Assembly: GCA_964036045.1 (NCBI GenBank)
Contig: OZ038378.1
Location: forward strand, 37,262,001-37,326,000
From: Eutreptiella sp. 'Long Island Sound 2002'
Lineage: Eukaryota > Protista > Euglenida
Length of the DNA: 64,000 nucleotides
Direction of reading: 5' to 3'
How positions within the stretch are numbered: the stretch's first letter is position 1; each line of letters opens with the position of its first letter. The notes beneath the pieces are model-generated. The model made no database searches. It saw nothing but the letters and a program-made list of their open reading frames with translations, and was not told the origin of the DNA. Shown in pieces: positions 12,608-25,724 of the stretch. A program made the translations under genes and the position numbers.

Positions 12608-14785
12608 TTGAAAAGCACTCTTTTTTCGGCGACCCCCTGTTTTTGGGTTTACGGCTGCGAATGTACGTGTAGTGCGTCCCTAGTAACATGTGGTTGGGTT
12701 GCAACAACCTGTGAAGTCCATAACCATGAATGCGGTGGCCATACTAAGAATGGTGATCCTTGCTCACCGTGTGAGGGGCTGGCAACTCATGGGCCACTTC
12801 TGCAGCTTTTGGCACATGGTGCGTCACCCCCAAAGACCATGCACCTCATGTGCCAGGGATTTGGTGCTATGGCAGAGCGATGCCGCACTTTGGCGGAATG
12901 TTTGCAAGAGCGGAAGAAAACCACCCTGAACAGCCTTGGAAGATGTGCTTCCTTGGACAAACAAGTGGCCTTGTACAAGCAAATGATGTCTGCTATTGCC
13001 GACCTCAACGGACTTTGTGCAGTTCCTCACATGCTTGAGCAACTACTCTGGCAGGGTCGTAGTCTGCGTCGTATCGTTGGATTGCTGACCGGTGCAATGA
13101 AGTACAGCCCCATGTTCTCTTCAGAGCAGAAACAGATATGCATACTTTAACTGAAGCTTGGTGGGAATGGGTTGATCTGTGCTGCAAATCAACCCGGCGC
13201 TAGTCTCGCTGCTGATACCGTTGCGCGTGCCATTGCGACAACTCACGTGCCCTTTATCACTGCCGTGACCCAGGAGGATCTTACCACCATTGTCCCTGAG
13301 GATATATCGTATTGTGCTTGGACTATTGCGCCTGATCAAGTTGCCGTGGGCGGTTTGCATTCCGCCACAGTTGCAAGGACCACTTGGATTCTTCCAATTG
13401 TACAGCTTGTATGTTGAATACGACGGTGACGTTCTAGTCGTCCGCACCGAGGGCGATGTGGTTGCAATGCAGGAGCGGTTGCAGATGGGCGAAATACACC
13501 GGGCAACATAGGCTGATGTCATTATCTTGGTCCCCCAAAATGAGAAGTAGTATCATGGCCAACCTATTAGGATGTTTGGCACCCGCAACCACTTCACAGC
13601 AACCTTTATGGCAGGTGTGCTACGTAATATGTGCATCGTTTTGAGCACTGGTCACTATCTCCGTGATCTTCGTCAAATCATGGGTTTGGGCTGTGCTGGG
13701 GACCTTCCGTCGTGCTTTGGCGCATGCCATGGCTGTTACCCTGGAACACCATGTGCCTGTTGTCCTAGGTCAACTGGACGTTGAGTTGCCACTGTGGGGT
13801 GCCATCAATTTTGATCCGCCCCACTTGGTGCAATGTAGCCGGTCCAATCTGTTGAGCAACGTTGTGGAACGCTTCACTGGAAAGAAGATTCATGGGCCCG
13901 TAGTTCGAGTTGTAGTGTGCACCCTGAATGTGGAGCTGAGGGATGCCGCTTAAAAGGTTGCAGATAAGCAGCACGTGCCGTTTGCGCTTGAGGTGCTAAA
14001 GGACATGAACCGCATCGTGGATGACATGGACACAAACTCCAGTGTGCCGAGTACCATGAGGGACATCCTGCTAGATCTCCAAATATTGGGCCGCATCTTC
14101 AATGGCATCATCTATGGCTACTTCGCTTGGGACCTATCCCTAGGAAGCATGGTGCATCGCCTCGTGGTATCGTATGCACTCCTAGTGTACTGCCGCAACG
14201 TGTTGGGACAACAATTCATGGATGCAAGATTGTACACACACTGCAACGAACCTTTTCGAGCGTTCTGAACAAAATGGCTTGGATACAGGAAACCACACCA
14301 AACAGCAAGTTTTATATGTGCTTGCCGGCTTCTTAGGTGGTAGAAAAAGTATTTTGCCTCTTACGCATGTCGGAGCACATCCGGTACTTCGATTGGTTGC
14401 AATTGCATGGCATGATACGCTCACTAGATGCCATACGGGATGTGTTCAACAAGCAGTCCGATCCGAAGAAACAAAACGACGCTACGCCTCTGACCGCTCA
14501 ACACCACAGAGTTACACTAAACATGTCATAGTGATGTCCGTCAATTTGTTGAAGATTTGGCGAACACCCCTTTAGGAAGCCGAGTCCATGTTGGAAGACC
14601 ATGCTTTGCTGCATGGGAAATGCATTGGGATATTTGATCAGCTCTTTGCACACGGTGTGACGTTTCTCAATCCTGAAGCCATCGCTTCACACGCTGCCAC
14701 ACAAGCGGAGCAGGACACATCACTCGACATAATGGAGACCCCTGAATTGAAGACCGGCGCAAAGAGGGCTCTTTGTGACGTTTGA
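12608..14785 (+). pseudogene. P-element/THAP9-like DDE transposase, degenerate
   Basis: Ordered motifs LKLGGNGL, WTIAPDQVAV (D1), MGEIHRA..YHGQPI, GCAGD (D2), NFDPPH (DxxH), DKQHVPFALE, FMDARLY, VEKVFCLLRM (E). Several stops and frameshifts. Confidence 0.6.
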
Positions 14786-14827
14786 GATGCAGCTCTTTGT
14801 GACGTTGTTTCCCTCCCTTCTGCGGAA

Positions 14828-17110
14828 TCACAACCTCTGTATTTTGCTGGCTAGGTATCCAGAGTATTTGCTCTCCCGTGCCTCGTCACGAAAAGCGGGC
14901 GAGCGACATCCTCGGCCACGGTCTCCTCCAGCCCCCGTGGACCTGGGGCTGGTGGGGACGGAGGGGGGGGGTGTCTTCGGCCTCTTGTGTTTGGGAGCTG
15001 GAGGGGTGGGGGGTTGGTGTGGGGACCTCAGCTGACCCGTAGAGATACGTGCAGGCCCTTGCAGGCATGGTCGTTTGTTGGGCAGTTGTGACTGTGCAGT
15101 AAGTGGGCGTTTCCGGCACACTGGCACTGGGGTGCACACTTTATGGTGTCCCCGCTGACAGCAGTGGCGCACTCCCCTTTGCTTGAGTGTACACCTCGGG
15201 CATGGTGGCAAGCCATGCAGTGGGCATAGCTGGAGTTGCGGTCTGCGTGCTATATGCTGGTCAGCGTGATGTCCCAGTGCACAGCATGCTTCAGCTGTGC
15301 GCCGAAGTCTTTTGCAGGTCGTGCACGGGGTAGCAGAATGCTGGGCGCACTTGGACGGATCAGCAGGCGGCGCCGGTTGTGGCGCCCTGTGTGTGTTTGT
15401 GCGCCTGCGTGTCGCGGTGTAGGGGCGCCGTGGGAGCTTCCCAGCCCCTATTACAGGGAAAAAATCAGCTGCAAAGGAGGAGCAACCCCCCCCCCCCTTT
15501 GGCAAAAGTGGTCTGCTCCGAGGACGGAGCCAGTCCTAACTGCAGATTCCCCTGGAGTGCACGCTGCAGTCGATGCTCCTCCACTTCCTGCGCAGTTCTG
15601 CGTGGCCTATGTGTGTACGGACGCAGTTTGTGTGTTCTGTTGAGACCAACCTTGGTGGCCCATGTGCGCTCACAATATGCTGCTAACTGCTGAATGTGTG
15701 TGCTCATGGCACTGCGGCATGTAAAATAGGGGCGGCGGTTTAGGCCGCAAAGTGCTGGCCCCCCCAGAGGAACTAAAGAGCTGCAGCGTGTGACCACCCG
15801 CGCAGGATGCAGGTGGCCTTTGGTGACCAGGCGCTGCGCATTTGCCACTGCCAGTCGTAAGACCCGGCCTCTCTCCTGTAGCGAAAGGGTTATGCCTTTG
15901 AACTTCGCCTGTGGGGAGTGTGGGAGTGTGCGTTGCGCAAACTCCTCAAAGTCCAGTGCGAGTTCCAGGAAAGTTACCGTGCCTGGTTCTGGGGTCCAGT
16001 GCAATTCCCTCAGCCATCGTAGCAGGTCCACCAAAAAGGGCATCTCCCACTGCCATTCCATTCCATGCTCTTGGGGGTGCGTAAAAGGAGTAACCCTTTG
16101 TCTTCTGGTCTGGGGAGGGGTCCCACCAGTTGGTGGTACGGGTATTGCCGAAGCTGCTGTGGGAGGCTCGACCCCCTGAAAAGCATGGGGGATTGTGTGT
16201 CTCGTAACTTGGGGGCCTGCAAAACGGCCACTAACATATTGTGCAGAACTGTCAAGAAGGCGAGCGCTGTCACTGACTTGACGCTGTCGGGGTCCAACTC
16301 TGGGGCTAATCCACAAAGTCGTAAGCATGGGGACCACTGGTCCACGAGGGGGAGGCCTGGGACTTGCGCTGCCGCCGTCCTGATGCCCTGCAGGTGGGTG
16401 TCCCGCACCGCGCTCCATGCTGGACACTGCCAAAAAATGTGCTCCTCGTTTTCCGGAGCATTGCCACAATACGGGCACGTGGATGTGGCTCTCATGCCAC
16501 GTTGATAAGCCCGGAGCGCTGTCTAGGTTGCTCCTGAAAGGATGCCCCGCAGTATGGAGCGTTGTAACTCTGTGGCAAAAGTCGCTATGCTGGGCTGGAC
16601 CAGGCGCCTGCGTGTAGCGTAATGGACCCCTGCAAAGAGTCGGGGTCGGCGCTGGACGAGAGTGTCTAACATTTGTGACCGGAGCGGCTCACGCACCTCG
16701 TGCTTCACTGTGTTTTTGTCTCCATAAAGGAGGAGGGGGTCGTTTCTCCCGGGTCCTGTCCATCCCCAACGTCCCTCTGTGGCCACCCACCCACATTTGT
16801 GTGCTGTATGTATGGCCCGCCTTAAGGGGCCAGACCCTTTGTGGTTTCGGGCCGTTTCCCAGATGGCCTGTGCGGTGATTTGGCCCGCCCCCCTGGTGCG
16901 GCACAGTTGTGCCAGCCAGAGGATTCGGTGATATTTGAGCACCAGGGTTGGCGCAATCCTGTGCCGCTTGCAAAGCAGAGTAAAGAAAATCTCCTTCGCC
17001 CTGCCCGGCCGGGATGGCTGCAAAGTGGAAGACGTCTTCTGTACCTGCGACTCACTTTGAAATGTGAAGTTGGGGCTCATTTGGGCCTAAAACGGCTCAT
17101 TTGGGGCTAA
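14828..17110 (-). mobile_element. 5'-truncated non-LTR retrotransposon ORF2 3' part (zf-RVT CCHC finger and Cys-rich tail), frameshifted
   Basis: LRGILSGA followed by CPYCGNAPENEEHIFWQCPAW (CX2CX7HX4C). Four overlapping minus-strand ORFs (16523..17080, 16010..16495, 15465..16478, 14828..15505) join by frameshifts. RT core absent. Confidence 0.8.
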
Positions 17111-17220
17111 GTGGTGTTTTTCAAGGGGTTTCATGTGAAAACTTGTGGCTTTCAGGGGTGGGTTGGGGTTTTGGAATGTCCCCAAAGGGATCTCAATCCC
17201 TAGTCCAAGAGGATTCGACC

Positions 17221-18118
17221 GGGGGGGGGGGGGTTGTGTCTTTTTCGACGGCTCAGTTTGCTGAGCACCCCGGCTAAGCCGTCACTGAGCCGTCACTGAG
17301 CCGGCTCACTTAGCTCTCACTTAGCTCTCACTTAGCTCTCACTGCGCGCCAAATGGCTCACTGAGCGCTCATTGAGAGCTAATTAGGGGCTCACTCTGGG
17401 CTCTCTCAGATCTGACTCAGGAGTTTCTCCTCCTTTTCGCGCTCTCTTCCCACCCTTGCCGGTCCACACTTCACCCTTTTGGGTGGGTGGGTGCCATTTT
17501 CATGAGGTAACAAGGAACACCCTCCCAAATGGCTAGGTTCATATCCCCGAACCCCAACCCCGTAACCATCTCTCCCTAGCCCTTCACTTCGCATGGTTCA
17601 ATGTGGCCATGTGTTTATGTACACGCAAGATAATTGCACACAAGAATGAATGTAGGTGTCAATTTTCGCATGTGCATGTGTGTGTGGACGTGTGTATGGG
17701 TGTATGTGTGTGTATGTGTTTGGATATTTGTGTCCCTCACGAAGTGTGTGTGTTTGGATTTTTGTGTGTTTGTCGCGGTGGGCACATGTATGCAAGTATG
17801 TATGTGTGCATGCACGCTCAAATCCTTGGAGAAAAGACATGGTGACAACTGCGGACCGGTGTTGGTGTCCACACACACACACCGTGAAGCACAAATAGGG
17901 CACAGAGGACGTTGCTCGCTTTTGTGAGGTTCATCATACCACTATCTTGACCTACACCATGACACATTGCTACGTTCCCCCGCTTCCCTTGTGTGTAGCC
18001 CTTCTCTTCTCTTGCCCCCCGTCCCCTTGTCCTGCCTTTTCTATTTTTTGGCCATGGCATTACATGCATGATGGTGGCAGCAAGGACGATAACCTTTGCA
18101 GGTATGTTTTGCTATTGT
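17221..18118 (+). repeat. Left TIR of element B (resumes at 22241-22260 after the foldback insertion)
   Basis: 17221-17482 matches rc of 30140-30399; 17881-18118 matches rc of about 29420-29705; 17490-17875 matches 29750-30135 in direct orientation. Confidence 0.85.
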
Positions 18119-18388
18119 GTGTGTGTGTGTGTGTGTGAGTGCTTGCGTGCGTGTGTAGTGGTGCCCATGCGCATATGCGCAAGTGTAGATGGTTTGTTCG
18201 TTCTTGGTTTCTCCCATTTAATGTGTTTATATGTCTTCTAGTGTGTGTGTGTGGGGGGGGTTGCTTGGATCGATGCGTGGGTGAAGGTGTCTTTGTGCGT
18301 GAGTCTTTGTGAGTGTGTGACTGCATCCTTTGGTTTCTGGTTGCCTAGGTTCGTATGTGTATGTGGATTCGTGAATGTGTGTACATGC

Positions 18389-18390
<2 letters not shown>

Positions 18391-18457
<67 letters not shown>
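18391..18457. repeat. (GT)n microsatellite, ~33 units
   Basis: Uninterrupted gt run. Confidence 0.95.
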
Positions 18458-18458
<1 letters not shown>

Positions 18459-19429
18459 CACGTGTTGTTTTGGATGTTGTTGTTCGTTTTGGTGTTGTGT
18501 TGCATAGGCTTTGATTGTGTGCCCATAACATTGTGTTTGTGGCTGCAGACACACATATGGTTGTGGTTGTGGTTGTGGCTGTGCTTCTGAGCTTGCGTGA
18601 GGTTGTTGCTCTGGCCGTTGTGGTAGCTCTAGCTGTGGGTGTGGTTTTGGTAGTGGCTGTGGTTGCGGCTTTGGGTGTGGCTGTGGGTGTGGATGTGGGT
18701 GTGGGTGTGGGTGTGGGTGTGCTTTGCAAGCTGTGCTGTGCGTAGATTTGGTTGTGGGTGTGTCAGCGTGTGTGGCCCTGGCTGTGGCGAAGGCTGTAGT
18801 TGCAACTTTCACTGTGGTGGCAGCTGTTCTTTGGGTGCTGGCTGTAGTCGGGGGGGTTAAAGGTTTGCAAAGAGGGGGGCTCAAATTACCATCCACCCCC
18901 TCCCAAAAAAAATCGGACCAAGTTTACCGTGACAGTGTACATTGACAGTGTAGAATGACAGTGTAGAGTGCTAATGTAGAGTCTTGGGCGTTGTGGCGGA
19001 CGTGCTGTGTGTGGGGATACATTCTATGTGACCTTGGGGAGTACAAACTACAGTGTACAATGTACACTGTACAGTGACAATGTACAGTGACAGTGTATGG
19101 TGACAGTGTGCAGTGGCACTGTGCAGTGTGCAGTGATGGCGTACAGTGCCAGAAGGCAATGTACCATGTACAGTGACGGTAGACAGCGACATCATTGACA
19201 TTGTACATGGACAATGTACATTGACGGTGTACAGTGACAGTGTACAGTGACAGTGTACAGTGACAGTGAAACATGAGTGAGCGCTCACTGAGCCATTTGG
19301 CGCGCTCAGTGAGCGTTCACTGCGCCGTTTGGCGCGCTGAGTGAGCGCTCAGTGAGAGCGCGAAAGGGCGCAGTGAGCGCTTTGTGAGAGCGCCAAATGT
19401 CCCAGTGAGCACTCACTGAGCGCCCGAAC

Positions 19430-20925
19430 GCTTGCACTATAGGGTGTGCAGTGTGCATGACACAGTGTGCATTATGCATTACACAGTGTGTACTGTGCAG
19501 TGTACACTGCACACTGCACAGTGTGTACTGCACACTGCGCAGTGTGTACTGCACACTGCGCACTGTAGACGGTGCATTTCAAATTGCACACTGCACACTG
19601 TGTATTGCACACTGCACACTGTGTATTGCACACTACACACCGCACCCTGTGTAATGCACACTTGGTATTGCACACTGCACCCGGTGCACTGTGCAATACC
19701 CAATGTGCAATACATAGGGTGCAGCGCGTAGTGTGCATGACGCAGTGTGCAGTGTGCGTTACACAGTCTACAGTGTGGATTACATCACACACGGCACACT
19801 ACACCCTGTGTAGTGGACACCACACACGGTGTGCAGTGTGCAGTGTGCAATACACAGTGTGCAGTGTGTAGTGTGCAATACGGAGTGTGCAGAGTGTATT
19901 ACACAGTGCATTACAGTGTGCCGTGGGCAATTTGTAACACACCGTGTGCAGGGTGCTGTGTGCAACACGGAGTGTGCACAGTGTATTACACAGTGCATTA
20001 CAGTGTGCAGTGGGCAATTTGTAACACACTGTGTGCAGTGTGCAGTGTGCAATATAGTGTATGCAGTGTGCACTGTGCAATAAACAGTGTGCGGTGTGCA
20101 ATACACAGCGTGCAGTGTGCATTACAGTGTGCAGTGTGCAATTTGTAACACACGGTGTGCAGTGTGCAGAGGGCAATACAAAGCGTGCGGTGTGCATTAC
20201 AGCGTGAAGTGTGCAATTTGTAATGCACAGTGTGCAGTTTGCAGTGTGCATGACACAGTGTGCAGTGTGCATTACAGTGTGGAGTGTGCAATACACAGTG
20301 TGCAGTGTGCAATACACAGTGTGCAATACACTGCATACCACACCCTGTGTATTGCAAGCTACACACAGTGTGCAGTGTGCAGTGTGCAATACACAATGTG
20401 CAATGTGCAGTGTGCATTACACCGTGTGCAGTGTGTATTACAGTGTGCAGTGTGCATTACAGTGTGCAATGTGCAATTTGTAACACACAATGTGCAGTGT
20501 GCAGTGTGCAATACACAGTAAGCAATGTGCAGTGTGCAATGCACATTATGCAGCGTGCAGTGTGCAGTGTGCATTACTGTGTGCAGTGTGCATTACAGCT
20601 GCAGTGTGCAATTTGTAATGCACGTTGTGCAGTGTGCAGTGTGCAATACACAGTGTGCAATGTGCATTACACTGTGAAGTGTGCAATACAGAGTGTCGAG
20701 TGTGCAATACACAGTGTGCAGTGTGCAATACACAGTGTGCAGTGTGCGATACAGAGTGTGCAATGTGCAATACACAGTGTGCACTGTGCAATACAGAGTG
20801 TGCAGTGTGCAATACACCGTGCGCACTGTGCAGTACACAGTGCGCAGGGAGCAGTGTACACTGCACACTACACACCGTGTAATGCACGATGCACAATGTG
20901 GCATGCACACCGCACACCGTACAGT
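19430..20925. repeat. Low-complexity satellite of gtgtgca/gtgtgcaatacaca units
   Basis: Dozens of 7- and 14-bp related units; accounts for the spurious Cys/His/Val ORFs in the track. Confidence 0.9.
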
Positions 20926-22833
20926 GCAAGCGTTCGGGCGCTCATTGAGTGCTCATTGAGCCGTTTGCTGCCTCACAAAGCGCTCATTGCGCTGTTTCGC
21001 GCGCTCACCCAGCGCACACTCAGCGCGCCAGACGGCGAAGCGAGCGCTCACTTAGCGCGCCAAATGGCTCAAGGAGCGCTCAATGAGGGCTCACTCATGG
21101 TTTACTGTCACTGTACACTGTCACTGTACACTGTCCATGTACATTGTCAATGCTGTCACTGTCAGCTGTCACTGTAAATGGTACATTGTATTCTGGCATT
21201 GTACGCTGTCACTGCACACTGCACACCGCCACTGCACACTGTCACTATATAGTGTCACTGCACATTTTCACTGTACACTGTACACTGTACACTGTACCCT
21301 GTACTCTGTACACTGTACTCCACAACGGCCAAGACTCTACACTAGCACTCTACAATGTCACTCTACAATCACTGTATGCTCTCACTGTACACTGTGATTG
21401 TACACTGTCACTGTCCACTGTCACGGTAAACTTGGTCCGATTTTGTTTGGGAGGGGGTGGATGGTAATTTGAGCCCCCCTCTTTGCAAATCTTGAACCCC
21501 CCCCCCCCCCACAACTACAGCCAGCACCCAAAGAACAGCTGCAGCCACAGTGAAAGCTGCAACTACAGCCCTCGCCACAGCCAGGGCCACACACACTGGC
21601 ACAACCACAACTGAATCCACACACAACACAGCTTGCAGAGCACACCCACACCCACACCCACACCCACACCCACACCCACACCGACAGCCACACCCACAAC
21701 CAAAGCCCCAACCACAACACTTACCATAACCACACCCACAACGAGAGCTACCACAACGGCCATAGCAACAACCTCACGCAACCCTAGAACCACAGCCACA
21801 ACCACAAACACAACCATACCTACATCCGCAGCCACAAACACAATGTTATGCACACACAATCAAAGCCGATGCCACGCAACACCAAAACCAACAACAGCAT
21901 CCAAAACAACAGCCGCAAAAGCTGCAAAAGCTGCAATACACACACACGCACACACATTGGTACACGCACACACACACACACCTGCACGTACACACATTCA
22001 GGAATCCACACACGCACAGAAACCTAGGCAACCAAAACCCAACGAGTGCAGTCACACACGCACAGTGACGCACAAGGACACCTTCACCCACACATTGATC
22101 CAAGCAAGCCCCCCCCCCCCCCGACTCGCACACAAACATACATACAAACACACTAAATGAGAGAAACCAAGAGCGAACAAACCATGTACACTTGCGCACA
22201 TGCGCATGGGCGCAAACACACACACACAACCACACACAATCTTAGACGGCCCAAGTTGCCCACCCCGGTAAATCAGCCCAAAACACCCAAAAAGGGCCAT
22301 TTTGGCCGGTGGGAAATTTCATGGCCTGTTTTTTAGTCATTCTGAATTTGACTGTTTGACAGCCTGTTTTTTTGGTTCTCATATCCACGCACACAAAGCC
22401 AGGTGACTGCGCATGGTCAATTTTTACGCTTCAGTGAACAAGTTTTGCTTTGTGCTGTGTTATCTTTGTCCACCTATGTACCTTTCTCTTGGAATTTCGA
22501 AAAGTGTCTAGATCCAGACACTCTTTGAAATTCCACCCCTGTCACAACGAGTTTTTGAGGTTGCAGTGTCTGGTTCCAGACAAACTAAACAATTTTCAAC
22601 TTTTTAGGGGGGGGGTCACCAGGTGTCTGTCCGGAGTGTCATACGTCCTATGTACACCCCCATAACATGGAGAATGTGTCTGGTTCCGGACATTTTGCTG
22701 ACCTTCCGTGATTAAGATCCTCATTTGAGTGAACAGTGTCTGGTTTTAGACACTCTCCACCAATTGTTTGGTCACTGAGCAGGTCTGTTTCGTTGTTGTT
22801 CACTGTTTCGTTTAGTCTGGTTCTGTTCCACTG

Positions 22834-24972
22834 TTGATGAGCCAGGTGACCAGTGCTGCGACAGATCCCTTTGGTCTCCTGCGTGACTTCTTACGTGGAG
22901 CGAAGTATGGTACACCGCTGGAGCTTATGGATGCCGCTTTACGCGATGAGGAACCAGGTGCAGCCCTGCTTGTGGAGGTCTGCGCACAGATGAGGGTCAA
23001 CCGGCGAACCAGATGCAGTATGGCAACGTTGATCAAAGATCATGGGCAAACACCGTGGCCAAGGTGGTATGGAGTGTTTGCACGCAAGGTGTACGCAATG
23101 ATGCAACTGTGTCGGAAGATGGCTCTGCCACAAGAAAAGGCTGTTGGCTCAATGATAAGTGCATCCAGGGGGATGCGGAGACAATTGTCACATGCAGGTC
23201 TTGCCGCGGGCCGGTTACCGCCTTTGGGGCAACAAGCACATGCCAGAACAAACGCCATCTGGAGATCAATGGCAGGGAAGCAGGTGGTGGTGCAGTTTGA
23301 CAACTAGTATCGCAGACGGCACTGTGGTGACCCGGTTCGACCCGATTGCTGTCTGAACGTCAGTGCCATGTCAGTGTTGCATACAACTGCGATTCCTATG
23401 TACCCGGGTGTCCCTACACTTGATGATCTTCTCCAACGCATCCCGCAAACAGCACAGACCATAGTAGCCAGTTTCCGGGAGTTCGCACGAGCGGTGGACG
23501 CTTTGAGGCGAGATTCACCAGAGGCCCAATACGTACGGGTTCCACTAGATGTGCACCGGGACAGCACTCGTTCACTCCAATGGTACCCCGTGATGCTAGC
23601 CGACCTGGTCTCCAGCTCCAATGAGGACTTGCTCCACATCATGGAACAATGCCTAGCCATTCAGGTTCACACACGCCACGTCATGCCCCTTCTGATGGAT
23701 GAAAATGTATTCTACAAAGACGCCAAGTTCATCTACAGTCGCACGTACAACCCCTTTAAGTTGTCTGAGCACTATGCCACTCTCCCAATGCTGTATGGCT
23801 GCTGGCACCCTTATAAGTATGTGTGTACCATCATCCACCGTAAGTTCTTCCCCATATTGGGCTACCTTGGGCAGCAAGTGCCCGCGGTAGATGAAGAGAT
23901 CATGTGCTTCCCGAAGCTGTTGCACATTGAGAAGCAATTTTGTGCCCTACTGTTAGCCACACCCAACGTTGAGGACCGCATTGTACACACGGAGACTTCA
24001 ATTATGCAGTTTCCAGAGGCATCCCGCAAGCTACCACTCGTATGGTTGACTGGACTGAAGAACCTCTTGCACTTCTACATTCCGGCTGCGTTCCTCCTTG
24101 GAAACTTGGTTCGTGACTGCAACTGGGATGGTCGACCAGCAGGGACAGGCGATACGGCCCGCAAAGTATTGGAGTTGAGTTTGGTATTGATTGTAGCCTT
24201 GACAATGGACACTGACTGTAACGTCCCCTACGTACGCACCCTTTGTGTCGCCCTTCGGTTGTGGTTACCCCGGAATGACACCGACCCGGGCCGTTGTTAT
24301 CCCGAGGAGCCCCTGGAGGCCATGTTGAGTCGTCTCTGATCTAGCTGCCGCGCATAACCCTAGATGAAGACTTTTGACCAGACATTGGACCTGTTTTTGA
24401 GCATGGCACCACCAAAGCGCGGGGAAAAGAAGACGCGGGGGCAGATCCGCAGTGGACCGGTTGCGATCATGTCGTCACGGCTACGCAGGTTCCTGTTGGC
24501 CATTACAACGAACCGCATGGTCCATGTTGAATGGAACAGTGGAAAGAAGGTAGCATTCACCGCTGTCCCTCACGAGTTGAAATTCCCATGGCAACCACTG
24601 GACAACGGTGGTGTGGCCCTGTACCAGAGACTGTTGACTAGATCACTCTCCACATTGACAGGCGCAGCGCGTTCGCCTACCAATGAGGTCTCACGGTTGT
24701 TGAGAACCATTGTTCCAGGCAGAGACCCCCGCGAGCATGCAGGCCGAGATGCACAAGCTTAGCGGGTGCGGGACGCAGCAATTGTGGTAGCAGATGATGA
24801 CGATGAGGCCCCGGAAGCTGCAATTGTCTCGGATTCAAGTTCACACCGGTCCGTGGGGGATTTGATAGTGGACGTGGACGCACAGGATGATGAACTACCA
24901 CCTGTTGTCCTACTGCAAGAAATGGAGGAGTATGAGGTTGTGAGTCTGGAGGATGACTCAATGGACTGCTGA
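22834..24972 (+). pseudogene. DDE-type transposase of element B (DN..D..GxWH..E, acidic tail), five in-frame stops, no frameshift
   Basis: ORFs 22834..23307, 23368..24339, 24364..24762 and 24766..24972 are all in one frame. Motifs VVVQFDN, PLLMDENVFYK, LYGCWHPYKY, YPEEPLEAML. Confidence 0.7.
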
Positions 24973-25724
24973 CACCCCGCCGAAGTGGCCTGGGCACGTC
25001 AAAGGTGTGTGTCTGGAACCAGACGCAGGTCTGGAGTCGGTTACCACAGCAGCATCGGGGTACTCCCGCAGGGCCCACTAATGTCAACCAACGCAGTGCT
25101 GGACTGATGAGATGCGCGCGTACGTGCACTGTTGCATTGCTGTACATCCCTATTTCACCGGAAAACCACAGCATGTGACCCTGACCAACTGAATACCCGG
25201 CTTAGGAAGCCACCATGCATGTGTGTCTGGAACCAGACACGAACTGTTTGTACCCCCTCTAGTGCCCAAAGAAGTACCGTAGCCGTCTGGTACCAGACAA
25301 TTAATGATTTTTCACCCATGTCATCTGCTAAAGTCAAGGTGTTGTGTCTGCAACCAGACAGACTGTGTGTTGTGCCCTCCATTGCCTGCAACATCATCTG
25401 CTCTGTTCTGGGAAATGCTAGAATCACATTGGGTAGCAAGCTACCTCGGAATTGGACTGCAAATGTGTCTAGAAACAGCCACTGACTGTTTATGGCCTGT
25501 CAATTGCCAGAACAGTACATAGTTGTGTGGAACGAGACATTAAATTGTTTCACTCCGGTTGCACACTTCAAAAGCAGACTGTTGTGTCTGGAACCAGACA
25601 AACTGTGTGTTTTACACCCCTGTGTATTGCACATGATGTGGTCTGAGTGTGAAAACGGTATGCTCACGTCGGGACCCCTGGAAAGTTAGAATCACATTGC
25701 TAAAAGGCCCGCCTTTGTGTCATT

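Larger units (their letters stand above)
18115..22240. mobile_element. 4.1-kb foldback (imperfect giant palindrome), non-coding, inserted in the left TIR of element B
   Basis: Arms about 18115-19700 and 20640-22240 are reverse complements, e.g. gggctcaaattaccatccaccccctccc (~18880) vs gggagggggtggatggtaatttgagccc (~21455). The centre is TGTGCAG/TGTGCAATACACAG satellite. Confidence 0.9.

Noticed and set aside
17598-22300. Many Cys/His/Val/Thr-rich ORFs in the track, including mucin-like ones at 18238 and 21633
   Set aside because: These are translations of microsatellite and satellite sequence, open in several frames on both strands.
22834-24972. Stop-codon reassignment (TAA/TAG/TGA read as sense)
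   Set aside because: All three stop types would need reassignment, spliced gene C and the 42.8-kb exon have no internal stops, and transition decay explains the pattern more simply. Codon analysis of conserved host genes would settle it.
25100-25170. Hammerhead ribozyme at ctgatgag
   Set aside because: No correctly placed GAAA with flanking stems.
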